A stretch of DNA of 64,000 nt from a virus. Its lineage: Duplodnaviria > Heunggongvirae > Uroviricota > Caudoviricetes. A program made the translations under genes and the position numbers. This document shows, in pieces, positions 26,215-35,273 of the stretch. How positions within the stretch are numbered: position 1 is the stretch's first letter; every line of letters starts with the position of its first letter. The stretch is taken from the IMG/VR virus record IMGVR_UViG_3300046692_000144, positions 21,621 to 85,620 of that record; one strand, given 5' to 3'. The notes under the pieces were generated by a model that searched no databases, was not told the origin of the DNA, and saw only the letters and a list, made by a program, of their open reading frames with translations.

Positions 26215-26931
26215 ATGCTAATTAATTCTAAGTTCCGTGATTTTTACGATAACTGTGCGGGTTATGGCGTGGACACGTCTGTCCGGTACAACCGAGAGGA
26301 GGAAAAGGTCAGGATGCTTCCGTACTACCGGGCCTCTCGAAAAGATGAGGTAGACCAGACGTACAAAAACCTCCTCGCAGCGTGTGATGGGTGGGGCCGG
26401 GCATTGACTGGAGAATTCGCGGACACTGTGAGCCGACGTGACCCATACACTGTTGGCGTGTTCGGCTTCTGCGGGGTTCTTCACCGGGTAGTTGTTTACC
26501 GTGAAAGAAAGCAAACCGAGTCCAGCGTTAAATACAACAGCTCATTTTTCGATACCGAGACTTATCGAACCGCATTCTCCAAGCATGAGATGCCTCAGGA
26601 GTGGGAAGGTAAGCACCGCAACTGGAGAACTGAGCGAACTCTCTTCGAAGACTTCGAAGTCCCAACTTCTCGTGAGAACGTTGAGGTATTTACCGAACTC
26701 GGTATTCCGATGTTCATTGTTTTCGATAACACACTGGTAAAGAATCCAAACCTCAAAGAATGGGGTTTGACGAAGTTCAAGGATGGCGTCACTGTCTTCC
26801 AAGAGATTTCTTCGTTTATCTCAGGTACACTGGCAACGGCAAACCAAATGAAGCACGTTGCCTCGGACCAAGAACTGATCCAAGCACACGGCTTCGATAA
26901 GCACAGTTTCAGAAAGGGGAAAACGAAGTGA
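26215..26931 (+). CDS. hypothetical protein
   Basis: 238-aa ORF divergent from phoH. Confidence 0.45.
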   Translation: MLINSKFRDFYDNCAGYGVDTSVRYNREEEKVRMLPYYRASRKDEVDQTYKNLLAACDGWGRALTGEFADTVSRRDPYTVGVFGFCGVLHRVVVYRERKQTESSVKYNSSFFDTETYRTAFSKHEMPQEWEGKHRNWRTERTLFEDFEVPTSRENVEVFTELGIPMFIVFDNTLVKNPNLKEWGLTKFKDGVTVFQEISSFISGTLATANQMKHVASDQELIQAHGFDKHSFRKGKTK

Positions 26932-27161
26932 AGTACCTTTTGATCGTAATGGCTCTTGCTCTGTCCGGCTGCGATTTAACGAGCAAGATCGACAAGGTTG
27001 CCACCGGCGACAATGCAAAGACGGCGTGTATTAAACGACGCTTAGTCCTTGAAAACGTTGAGTATTTCCTCACGAAAACACAGGTTACCTGTGTAGACCC
27101 TTCCACCCTTGAGTTCATCAAACTGAACATCCACAACGTCCAGCGGAGTCAACAGAAATGA
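26928..27161 (+). CDS. small lipoprotein
   Basis: MKYLLIVMALALSGC has the lipobox LSGC. Confidence 0.45.
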   Translation: MKYLLIVMALALSGCDLTSKIDKVATGDNAKTACIKRRLVLENVEYFLTKTQVTCVDPSTLEFIKLNIHNVQRSQQK

Positions 27162-27997
27162 AAGAGAATATCTACCTGCGTTTCGGCAACGTAACTGAAG
27201 AAGTCAGCTACATCAATTTCCCAGGCGGGGAAGTGGTGCCACAGATTCAGACAGGCAACCTCTACCCTGAAAAAGTGATGGAAGTAGAGATCGTGGCCAG
27301 GCTGACAACGCAGGGTGATCTGCTGAACCTGATCATGATCCACGATGCTGTTAGTCGTGTGTATCCCCGAGCAGCGATCTCCGCGTTTATCCCGTACATG
27401 CCGTACGCTCGGCAGGATCGGGTATGCAATCCAGGTGAGCCTCTGAGTATTGCCGTCGTTGCACGACTGATCAACGCCTGCAACTTCGTCAACGTGAAGA
27501 TCCTCGATCCTCACAGTGAAGTGACCCCGGCCCTGTTCAACCGCCTCGAAGTTGTCAACCAGTACGACATCTTCAAAGACATCTATTCGTCGTGGCGAGA
27601 AGTCTACATTGCGGCCCCGGATGGCGGTGCTGCGAAGAAGGCGGAAATGTTCGCTAAACGTGTAGGTGCGGCTGGGGTAATTCACTGCACCAAAGTACGG
27701 GACCTCGAAACGGGTATTATCTCGGGTACTCGTGTAAACGATACTGTCGAAGGTCGTACCCTTCTGGTTCTGGATGATATCGGTGATGGTTGCGGGACTT
27801 TCGTTCCATTGCTTCACTCCCTGAAAAGCCAAGGTGCAACGTCGGTAAGCCTTGCAGTGACCCACGGTCTTTTCTCAAAGGGGATTCCGGTGGTTTCCGA
27901 TATCTACGACCAAGTTTTCACCACTAACAGTTACATTCGCCATCTCAAGGGCACAGGTAATCTGGAAGTACTCAACGTAACCCGCGAAACCAACTAA
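27158..27997 (+). CDS. ribose-phosphate pyrophosphokinase-like enzyme (Prs homologue; possibly an ADP-ribose pyrophosphokinase of a phage NAD+ reconstitution pathway)
   Basis: IPYMPYARQDR (Prs IPYFGYARQDR), LVLDDIGDGCGT (PRPP-binding loop VLVDDMIDTGGT), VTHGLFSKG. Confidence 0.8.
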   Translation: MKENIYLRFGNVTEEVSYINFPGGEVVPQIQTGNLYPEKVMEVEIVARLTTQGDLLNLIMIHDAVSRVYPRAAISAFIPYMPYARQDRVCNPGEPLSIAVVARLINACNFVNVKILDPHSEVTPALFNRLEVVNQYDIFKDIYSSWREVYIAAPDGGAAKKAEMFAKRVGAAGVIHCTKVRDLETGIISGTRVNDTVEGRTLLVLDDIGDGCGTFVPLLHSLKSQGATSVSLAVTHGLFSKGIPVVSDIYDQVFTTNSYIRHLKGTGNLEVLNVTRETN

Positions 27998-28007
27998 GGA
28001 AGTATCC

Positions 28008-29807
28008 ATGCAAGTGCAGATCCCTACGCCAGTAAGCTCCACCGCATACCCTGCAATCACCCGTATGCAAACCCCTCCGGCTCCGATGTACGCAGCCATC
28101 CTCTGTGACGCGTACAAGTTTTGTCACCCAGGTCTGTTCCCGAAAGGCTATACGAAGGGTCAGGGTAACTTCACCCCACGTAGCACCAAGCACTTCCAAG
28201 GCAGTTCTAAGTACGACGGTAAGATCGTTGTCGCGGGGGTTCTCCAAGGTCTGAATGCCATCAACCATGCCTGGAACCAATTCTTTGAAGCTTCGTGGGA
28301 AGAAGTTGAGAGCGTGATCCGCCCTCTGATAGAAGCAACTACTCCGAACGCAGATCTCACCATCTACTCCGATCTGCACAAACTGGGTTATCTGCCTATC
28401 CAGGTTCACGCAGTCGAAGAAGGCCGCGTAGTACGGGCGGGTACTCCGATCATCTTGGTGGACAACACCCATGAGGACTTCGCATGGCTGGCAAGCTACA
28501 CCGAAGACCACTTCAGTAACGAACTGTGGCCTGCCTGCACCGTAGCAACTATTGCTCGTGAGTACCGAATTGTTGCAGAGAAGTACGCAGCACTGACGGC
28601 TGACGATAACGGCTACGTAACGTATCAGTGCCACGACTTCAGTCTTCGCGGTCTGTTTGGCATGTGGGCGGGCTACAAAACTGGTCCTTCGATGCTGTCT
28701 GCGTTTACCGGCACCGATAACATCCCGGGTTGCTTGGCTGCGATGCACGAATACGGCGCAACCAAGGCTGACTTCGGTTCCATCATGGCTACCGAACACA
28801 GTCTGACAACTCTGAACATTCAGATGCGTGCTGTGATGCGTGGCTGCTCCTTGTTCGAAGCAGAGGTAAGCTTCCTCTCTGACTACTTGGACAACGTCGG
28901 TCCTATCAGCTATGTGATGGACAGCTATGACTACTTCGGTATGTTGGAGCACGGCCTGCCACTGCTCAAAGACAAGATCCTGGCTCGTGAAGGGGGTCCG
29001 TTCGTAGTTCGGCCTGACAGCGGCGTCCCTAAGGACATCATCTGCGGCACGGTTGAAGTCTTCGAAATCGGCTCCGAAGCTGAAACCGAAGACCATGCCA
29101 AAGGCTGGATCAAGGACTATGTAACCGAGATGGTCTACGATGAAACCGCACACGGCGAACCTGGCCGTTCCGAAGTTTCTGGCGTTGCCCGCTGGAACGG
29201 TGAGTTGTACCGCTACACCGTGGACATCGAGTGGAACCGTCGTGACAAGCAGTTCTACTACATGGACGGCAAGAAGGTTTCGAAGTTCGAACCTACTACC
29301 CTGACCGTGGAAGAGAAAGGCAGCATCCAGTGGCTGTGGGAACTGTTCGGCGGCACCGTGAACAGCAAAGGCTACAAAGTGCTGAATCCGAAGATCCGCC
29401 TGATCTACGGTGACTCCATTACTATCCAACGCTTCGAAGCTATCTTGCAGCGTCTGATGGAAATGGGCTTCTCCGCAGAGAATATCGTGGTCGGTGTCGG
29501 TAGCTACAGCATCCAGCACATCACCCGTGACTCTCTGGGCTTTGCTATGAAGCTGACTTACGGGGAAGTCAACGGTCTGAAAATCGATGTCTACAAGGCA
29601 CCGAAAACAGACACCGGTAAGCACTCTGCCAAAGGCTGGCTGGCCGTAGAGTTTGATGAGGCTGGTGAGTACATCCCTGTCGAAGGGAAACCCGTTGGTT
29701 ATTACGGTGTTCTCAACTGTGCGTACCGGAACAGCCAAGTTCTATCCAAAGCAACGTTGGTGTCGGTTCGTACGAATCTGACTGAAAGTCTGCCGAAAGC
29801 AGCGTAA
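28008..29807 (+). CDS. nicotinamide phosphoribosyltransferase-like enzyme (NadV/NAMPT homologue; possibly nicotinamide-ADPR transferase)
   Basis: ILCDAYKFCHPGLFP (NAMPT DSYK motif region), CHDFSLRG and GTDN are family hallmarks. At 599 aa it is longer than canonical NadV. Confidence 0.8.
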   Translation: MQVQIPTPVSSTAYPAITRMQTPPAPMYAAILCDAYKFCHPGLFPKGYTKGQGNFTPRSTKHFQGSSKYDGKIVVAGVLQGLNAINHAWNQFFEASWEEVESVIRPLIEATTPNADLTIYSDLHKLGYLPIQVHAVEEGRVVRAGTPIILVDNTHEDFAWLASYTEDHFSNELWPACTVATIAREYRIVAEKYAALTADDNGYVTYQCHDFSLRGLFGMWAGYKTGPSMLSAFTGTDNIPGCLAAMHEYGATKADFGSIMATEHSLTTLNIQMRAVMRGCSLFEAEVSFLSDYLDNVGPISYVMDSYDYFGMLEHGLPLLKDKILAREGGPFVVRPDSGVPKDIICGTVEVFEIGSEAETEDHAKGWIKDYVTEMVYDETAHGEPGRSEVSGVARWNGELYRYTVDIEWNRRDKQFYYMDGKKVSKFEPTTLTVEEKGSIQWLWELFGGTVNSKGYKVLNPKIRLIYGDSITIQRFEAILQRLMEMGFSAENIVVGVGSYSIQHITRDSLGFAMKLTYGEVNGLKIDVYKAPKTDTGKHSAKGWLAVEFDEAGEYIPVEGKPVGYYGVLNCAYRNSQVLSKATLVSVRTNLTESLPKAA

Positions 29808-29811
29808 CAAA

Positions 29812-29840
29812 CAGGGGCTCTTCGGGCCCCTACTTATTTC
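29812..29840 (+). terminator. rho-independent terminator
   Basis: AGGGGC-UCUUCG-GCCCCU followed by ACTTATTT. Confidence 0.45.
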
Positions 29841-29851
29841 TGGGGAAAGGT

Positions 29852-30028
29852 ATGAGTGGCAAAGAACGATACATCCGTATGATGGCTGCCCAGGAAACTG
29901 GCAAGCGGCTGTGTGACGTCACTGACGCTCAGTACAGGACTGCTAAGGAACTTTTCTTGGCAATGGCTTACGATGGGCAGCCTGAGTACCTCGACCGCCT
30001 CAAAGCGAAGCTCAGGGGGTTCTGATGC
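29852..30028 (+). CDS. small hypothetical protein (58 aa)
   Basis: ATG ORF coupled to the next gene by ATGA. Preferred over the antisense ORF 29834..30130. Confidence 0.3.
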
Positions 30029-30339
30029 CAAAGGATAGGCACGGCTTAACTTTCTTATTCCTTCTGTTAGTGTTAACGGCAATTGTTGTGGTGGCGGTCC
30101 ATTACAAGAACAAGGAGACCTCAAAAACAAACCGCACGGCCACGGAGCTTCGTGGTGAAAGCATCTGTGAACGTTCTAACAGTGATGTGCTCAAGGTGGA
30201 GGTAGGTTTTGTGTACCGACCCGTCCAGCAATCAAGTAACGACCTATCAACAGTTCGTTGTACCGACAAGGCTACCGGTGAAGTAGTGGCCAAAGAATTC
30301 AAAAACGTTCTTTATCGAGAAAAGGAAACGACTCAATGA
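30025..30339 (+). CDS. membrane protein (N-terminal TM)
   Basis: LTFLFLLLVLTAIVVVAV. Confidence 0.4.
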   Translation: MPKDRHGLTFLFLLLVLTAIVVVAVHYKNKETSKTNRTATELRGESICERSNSDVLKVEVGFVYRPVQQSSNDLSTVRCTDKATGEVVAKEFKNVLYREKETTQ

Positions 30340-30752
30340 AAGCACCAAGGAAAGCAGCTTCAGTGAAGATGAACCCCGAAGTACGGGCTGCAATGAAGCG
30401 ACAGCAGACGATGGAAATCCGTATGCGTAAAGTATCGGATGACCAAGTTTGGATTCATGAAAACGGTACGGAGTACACCACCATTCTCCTTACCAACGAA
30501 CACGCTACGAAAAAGGATAGCTATCCAGTAACTGTGTGCTACTACGCAGAAGGAAAGTACTGGTCGCAGACTCTGGAACGTTTCGTCCAGGATAAGAGCT
30601 TCGTTCGTAACTACGAATCGGTGATGACCCCTGCCGAGAAGACCCTTGCCCCGTGGATCTCTGGCGGCATTAGTGATCCTGATACCTGTGCTGAATTCAA
30701 AACTGCTGCGGAGAACTGGCTGAATGAACTTCCAATCCCAAAACTCGTTTAA
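30336..30752 (+). CDS. hypothetical protein
   Basis: ATGA-coupled ORF. Confidence 0.45.
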   Translation: MKAPRKAASVKMNPEVRAAMKRQQTMEIRMRKVSDDQVWIHENGTEYTTILLTNEHATKKDSYPVTVCYYAEGKYWSQTLERFVQDKSFVRNYESVMTPAEKTLAPWISGGISDPDTCAEFKTAAENWLNELPIPKLV

Positions 30753-31025
30753 TAAAGAATTCGCTCGCCTTGACTTCAGCGAGTATGAGCTTAGAGTAGC
30801 AGCCCAGATGGGCACTCAGACTACTCCTGCTACACAAACCGTTACTCACCGAACACCTGCCACGTTCGAACCTCGTGGTTACTACTCACCAACTGAATTT
30901 GGAACCTTTAAATGAAACGTCTATTCCTTGCGTTGACCCTTACGTTCTTAGGTCAGCATCATCGGGCGTTGAGCGATGCGGAAAACGTGGCTCAGCTTTT
31001 CCGGAGACTTGTGTAGGAGGCAGGT

Positions 31026-31364
31026 ATGAAGTCGGTTCACCTTAACGAGTTTCTTCGCAGGCTTAGTCGCAAGAAGCCTAGTAAGGATGACTTGGAGAGC
31101 ATGAAGTTCGAACGAATTCTTGATGATATGAACATCGGTAAAGGTGTTTGGACGATTGAGAGATTTGGAAGTGGCATGGTGACCTTCTACAAAGAAGGCA
31201 TAAGAGGTAAGATCCGGGTATCGTGGCATATCTCTGAAAACGCCAGCTCCATACTGATAGACGGTGTTCATAAATCTCCGTCAAAGCGGTTGGGTCGTAA
31301 AAACCTGATTGTTTTCAACTTAGGGGGGAAGTGTCGATTTGACGGGGGTGCTATGAGGTCCTAG
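31026..31364 (+). CDS. hypothetical protein
   Basis: ORF. Confidence 0.4.
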   Translation: MKSVHLNEFLRRLSRKKPSKDDLESMKFERILDDMNIGKGVWTIERFGSGMVTFYKEGIRGKIRVSWHISENASSILIDGVHKSPSKRLGRKNLIVFNLGGKCRFDGGAMRS

Positions 31365-31396
31365 TACTAGACGTATTCAATCTAAACACAGTTAAA

Positions 31397-31412
31397 AGGT
31401 ATAACAGTAGTG
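31397..31412 (+). promoter_or_regulatory. promoter-like motif AAGGTATAACAGTAGTG
   Basis: Third copy of the motif, upstream of the SPFH operon. Confidence 0.35.
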
Positions 31413-31472
31413 CCTAAGGGTGTCGTTGTTCAGACACTCCGGCACTATCTCTTTAGCATAGGGGAATTTCAC

Positions 31473-31589
31473 ATGTCTGCACTTGCAGGAATCATCGGCA
31501 GCTTGGTTATCTTCGCTTGCCTCATTCGCGGTATCATGGGTTTTTATCAAGACCTCGGCTCTAAACAGAAAAAGGAAGAAACCAATTGA
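31473..31589 (+). CDS. small membrane protein (38 aa)
   Basis: ALAGIIGSLVIFACLIRGIMGF is a TM segment. Overlaps the SPFH gene start. Confidence 0.3.
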   Translation: MSALAGIIGSLVIFACLIRGIMGFYQDLGSKQKKEETN

Positions 31590-32440
31590 ATTACGTTACC
31601 CCACGCAACATTATCATCGGCGTCATCTTGGCCCTCCTCGCGGCTTTGGTGCTTAGCGGTTCGTACACCATCAACGACCGTGAGCGTGGTGTGATCCTGC
31701 GTAACGGCAAGGTTGTTGGCGTTGCGGATGCTGGCTGGCACATCAAAGCCCCATTCATCGACAGCGTCGTGGAAATCCCGGTAACGAACGAAGCCATGCG
31801 CTTCGATAAGCTTCCGGCGTACTCCCGAGATTCCCAGACTGCTGCAGTGCGTGTCTCGGTTTCCTACCACATCCCTCCTTCCGACGTTGCGGAGGTGTAC
31901 ACGAAGTACGGATCGGTACAGGGCATTGAGTCCAAACTTATCGCTCGCCAAGTTCCTACCCAGGTCGAAAACGTGTTCGGTCAGTATGCCGCTGCGGATG
32001 CGGTGAAGAAACGGGCTCAGTTCGGTATGGATGTGGCCAAGGCAATCCGAGAGTCCGTCGTCGGGCCGTTGATCATCGATTCTGTCCAAGTCGAGAACAT
32101 CGACTTCGATGACAAGTACGAAGACAACATCGCCAAGATGATGGAGAAAGAAGTCGCCATCGCTACTCAGAAGAATGACACTGAGTTGAAGAAGGCGGTC
32201 AACGAAGCTACGGTGAACCAAGCTCAGGCCGAAGCTGACTCCCAGGTTGCTAAAGCCACTGCAAACGCCAAAGCTATTCGCATGACCGGTGATGCCGAAG
32301 CTTACGCCATCGAAGTTAAAGCCAAGGCTCTGGCACAGAACCAGAACTTGGTTGAGCTGACCAAGGCAGAAAATTGGGACGGCAAGCTGCCTACTACCAT
32401 GGTTCCGGGCTCCACGGTTCCGTTTCTTAACCTGAAGTAA
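31586..32440 (+). CDS. SPFH/band-7 (flotillin/HflC-like) domain membrane protein
   Basis: N-terminal TM, then an SPFH-like core (VPTQVENVFGQYAAADAVKKRAQF...) and an Ala/Gln-rich coiled-coil tail. Confidence 0.7.
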   Translation: MNYVTPRNIIIGVILALLAALVLSGSYTINDRERGVILRNGKVVGVADAGWHIKAPFIDSVVEIPVTNEAMRFDKLPAYSRDSQTAAVRVSVSYHIPPSDVAEVYTKYGSVQGIESKLIARQVPTQVENVFGQYAAADAVKKRAQFGMDVAKAIRESVVGPLIIDSVQVENIDFDDKYEDNIAKMMEKEVAIATQKNDTELKKAVNEATVNQAQAEADSQVAKATANAKAIRMTGDAEAYAIEVKAKALAQNQNLVELTKAENWDGKLPTTMVPGSTVPFLNLK

Positions 32441-32448
32441 ACCCTTCC

Positions 32449-32473
32449 GGGAGTCTACGGACTCCCTCTTTTT
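32449..32473 (+). terminator. rho-independent terminator
   Basis: GGGAGUC-UACG-GACUCCC followed by TCTTTTT. Confidence 0.6.
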
Positions 32474-32484
32474 GAGGAATCACC

Positions 32485-32994
32485 ATGTTGCATGATGCTA
32501 TGTTGTTTTTGGCTGGATACATTATTAGCTGGCCTGCGTTTGGTCTGCTGTGCCTCTCCGGTATTTTCTTCGAGCACATCCGTTGCCACGGCTGGGCTGT
32601 GATCATGGGTATTTCGGCCATCGTCGTCGGTTACTACTACTTCGACGTGACCCTGGCGGAGATCCTCTGGTGGGTAGCATCGTACGTAGCCATCGGTTTG
32701 GTGTGGAGCTTCTGGCGGTATCACCGTCACGTTTCTGACGAAGCCGAGGATATCCGTAATAGCAGTAGCACTGGCGTATACCTGACGGCGAAAATCGAAG
32801 CTCTGGCCCCTGGCAAGAACGTTGACCTGATCACGTACTGGATCATCATCTGGCCATTCTCCGCTATCGAAAGCGTAGTTGGGGACGTGATCAACGTCGT
32901 CCAGTCCCTGGTGACCAAGGTCTTCCGCAGCGTTTACGCCAAGATCTATTCTGTTCATGTTGCCGGGTTGCAAGATCTGGTAGACAAACAGTAA
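32485..32994 (+). CDS. multi-pass membrane protein (possible partner of the SPFH protein)
   Basis: Several hydrophobic helices in the first 90 aa. Confidence 0.45.
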   Translation: MLHDAMLFLAGYIISWPAFGLLCLSGIFFEHIRCHGWAVIMGISAIVVGYYYFDVTLAEILWWVASYVAIGLVWSFWRYHRHVSDEAEDIRNSSSTGVYLTAKIEALAPGKNVDLITYWIIIWPFSAIESVVGDVINVVQSLVTKVFRSVYAKIYSVHVAGLQDLVDKQ

Positions 32995-33006
32995 TATTTA
33001 CAACCG

Positions 33007-33034
33007 ACGCCCTCTAACCGGGGGCGTTTCTTTT
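33007..33034 (+). terminator. rho-independent terminator
   Basis: ACGCCC-loop-GGGCGU followed by TTCTTTT. Confidence 0.55.
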
Positions 33035-33086
33035 AATCTAAAGGAGGTGACCTATGTCTCGAATGTGAAGACCTTAGGAGAAACAT

Positions 33087-33458
33087 ATGTCCCGTACAAT
33101 TCGTTGCAAAGGCTGCCGTATTCCAGAGAACTACCTTATCTCCCGGGATGAGCATGCTCAGATGACTACGTTCAAAGAAGTTCATAGTTACCGTTGGTTC
33201 CGTAGAAATTGGAACCACTTGGTCAAATCCTCTTTCGAGGAGACTCGTAGGGCCGAACTGAAGAAAGCTCATTCTGATCATGGCATGAAGTTCTTCTTCA
33301 CCGGCTCTCCTCCTGCACATTTCCGAAGGGATTTGAACGCACAGAGAAGGGCTATGGAGAAGGTCGAAGTGGCGAAATCCGTAAAGAAGGATTTCGGAGA
33401 AAGCTTGTTGTTCAAAAACCCACCTAGCCTGAAAGATGTTTGGTATCTCTGGGATTGA
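33087..33458 (+). CDS. hypothetical basic protein
   Basis: ORF. Confidence 0.4.
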   Translation: MSRTIRCKGCRIPENYLISRDEHAQMTTFKEVHSYRWFRRNWNHLVKSSFEETRRAELKKAHSDHGMKFFFTGSPPAHFRRDLNAQRRAMEKVEVAKSVKKDFGESLLFKNPPSLKDVWYLWD

Positions 33459-33495
33459 CAGTTGTAAAGAGTCTAGGATAACCTAGGCTCTCTCT

Positions 33496-33569
33496 GCGGG
33501 TATGGTGTAGTGGTAACACTAGAGCCTTCCAAGCTTTCGTCGTCGGTTCGAGTCCGACTACCCGCTCCA
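33496..33569 (+). tRNA. tRNA-Gly (anticodon TCC), CCA encoded
   Basis: Acceptor GCGGGTA / TACCCGC, D-arm GTGT-AGTGGTAA-CAC, anticodon arm AGAGC-CTTCCAA-GCTTT, T-arm GTCGG-TTCGAGT-CCGAC, TCCA. Confidence 0.8.
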
Positions 33570-33585
33570 ATTTAAGGACTACGAA

Positions 33586-34197
33586 ATGTTTGAATTCCTG
33601 AAAAACCTGTTTCGTAAGAAGAAAGTCGAAGAAGTAAAGAAGGTTGAACCTGAAGTCTCAGACTTTAAACGTCAGTACAACGCAGTGAAGAATCTTCGCC
33701 CGACTTTGACAAACAACAAGGGTAGCCTGTCTGTTTCTGGCTTGACCCCCAAAACTTCTCCGAAGGTAACTCCAAGTTACTACGGCCACCATCACAGCCC
33801 TCGTTCGTCTTATCTGCCTACGAGTCAGACCTTCCAGCCACACCCGAACCAGGTAGTCTATGACGACCACGATTCGATCACAGGTTCCAATGACTCCCTG
33901 TTGATGGGTATCGTTGTAGGGGCTTTGGCTGACGAAGCTCTTCATTCGGTTTCGAAATCGGTTGAAACTCATCATCACACTCCTGCGCCGGAACCCGTAC
34001 ACGTTACTCCGAGCAGCTCTTCGAGTGAGTACTCGTCGCCAAGCAGCGATTCGTACAGTAGCTCAAGCTCCGATAGCTATTCGAGCAGCTCTCGTTCTGA
34101 CAGCTACAGCTCTTCGTCGTCATCTGACTATTCGAGCAGTTCGTCTTCCGATTACTCCAGCAGTTCTAGCGACTCTGGCTCGTCGTGGAGTGACTAA
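33586..34197 (+). CDS. Ser-rich low-complexity repeat protein
   Basis: C-terminal 70 aa consist of (S/D)SYSSSSS repeats. Confidence 0.5.
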   Translation: MFEFLKNLFRKKKVEEVKKVEPEVSDFKRQYNAVKNLRPTLTNNKGSLSVSGLTPKTSPKVTPSYYGHHHSPRSSYLPTSQTFQPHPNQVVYDDHDSITGSNDSLLMGIVVGALADEALHSVSKSVETHHHTPAPEPVHVTPSSSSSEYSSPSSDSYSSSSSDSYSSSSRSDSYSSSSSSDYSSSSSSDYSSSSSDSGSSWSD

Positions 34198-34397
34198 TGA
34201 GAGACTTCATCGGTCAAGAGTTGGAAGTAGGTGATGTGGTCGCAGTTACTCCAAAAGATTATCGCGGCTTAGTGAAAGCAACAGTTGCAGCGTTCACTCC
34301 GAAGCAGGTAAGATTGCAGTACTTCAACCACAACGACTATTTGATTGAGTACCTCACTCCGCCAAATTCAGTGGTCAAAATCCCCGTCAATACGTAA
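34197..34397 (+). CDS. hypothetical protein
   Basis: ORF. Confidence 0.35.
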   Translation: MRDFIGQELEVGDVVAVTPKDYRGLVKATVAAFTPKQVRLQYFNHNDYLIEYLTPPNSVVKIPVNT

Positions 34398-34407
34398 GAG
34401 GTTTTAA

Positions 34408-34605
34408 ATGAGCATTTTGAAAATTGATGCAGTACATTTGATTGGCGGACTCTCCTCTGCGGCTGCTTGTTTGAGTAACGTACCTAACTCCAGTAGTAGC
34501 ATTAAGGCAGTTCTTGCCGCTATCGAGAAACTTGCAACTGCAATCTCTGATTCTCCGGCAACAGATGCCCACCTCGCTGCCGAAGCAACTAAGAAGACTT
34601 CGTAA
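34408..34605 (+). CDS. hypothetical protein
   Basis: ORF. Confidence 0.3.
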   Translation: MSILKIDAVHLIGGLSSAAACLSNVPNSSSSIKAVLAAIEKLATAISDSPATDAHLAAEATKKTS

Positions 34606-34619
34606 TAAAGGAAATAGAA

Positions 34620-34892
34620 ATGACCGCATTGAACGTAGTAGAACAAGCAGCGCCAGTTGCACCACGTACCCCAAAGATCGGTGAGACCGTAATGGTTCGT
34701 CACCGTGTCAAAGCAAACAAAGCAGGCGTTGTTAACCTGGAGCCTTGCAAAGGCGAAGTGATGAAAGTCAAAACCGTTTTCATGGACGGTGATGTAATGA
34801 TCGGTGACGATCTGTGGTCCGTGAAAAAGGCTACAGACGGCAAGACCGATTGGTGGACTCACGCAGAAGTTCAGCGAGAGCATCGAGCGTAA
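34620..34892 (+). CDS. hypothetical protein
   Basis: ORF followed by a terminator. Confidence 0.4.
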   Translation: MTALNVVEQAAPVAPRTPKIGETVMVRHRVKANKAGVVNLEPCKGEVMKVKTVFMDGDVMIGDDLWSVKKATDGKTDWWTHAEVQREHRA

Positions 34893-34906
34893 GTGATTCG
34901 GAACAA

Positions 34907-34933
34907 AGGCCCTTAACCGGGCCTTTTTCTTTT
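34907..34933 (+). terminator. rho-independent terminator
   Basis: AGGCCC-UUAACC-GGGCCU followed by TTTTTCTTTT. Confidence 0.6.
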
Positions 34934-34937
34934 AGGG

Positions 34938-35273
34938 GTGATAATGGACATTTCAGTTAAGAGCTTCTTAGAGGGGCTTTCTGAACGGGTACAGGCTAAA
35001 GACGGGTTTCCTATTTGCTACTTGGAGTTCCAAGTAGAAGGCGGTGGCGGGTACAACAGTCGGATCGCTATTTACCACATAGATGTCGAGGATCACCGCA
35101 CGGAGGTACGCTATAAGTATGTGGGCAGTGACAATATCCCGTCTGGAACCATGGACGACTGGTCGCTTAGTGATACCAATTACTTTGTTTTGGACATAGT
35201 TCCGGTAAATGACCCGGAGCCAAGAAACGGGGTCTTTCCAAGGACTTGGCTTCCATTGATAAGGGTGGACTGA
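34938..35273 (+). CDS. hypothetical protein (N-terminal SFLEGLSERV motif)
   Basis: ORF. Its N-terminus resembles the paralogue-family leader. Confidence 0.4.
   Translation: MIMDISVKSFLEGLSERVQAKDGFPICYLEFQVEGGGGYNSRIAIYHIDVEDHRTEVRYKYVGSDNIPSGTMDDWSLSDTNYFVLDIVPVNDPEPRNGVFPRTWLPLIRVD

Noticed and set aside
27149-27865. 238-aa minus-strand ORF
   Set aside because: Antisense to the Prs-like gene, which has clear PRPP-binding motifs.
27972-29738. 588-aa minus-strand ORF
   Set aside because: Fully antisense to the strongly conserved NAMPT-like gene. R/V/A/H-rich composition with no motifs. Typical shadow ORF of a GC-skewed coding strand.
33962-34234. 90-aa + strand ORF in an alternate frame
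   Set aside because: It lies inside the Ser-rich repeat gene and its Ala/Arg-rich translation arises from the same repetitive DNA.
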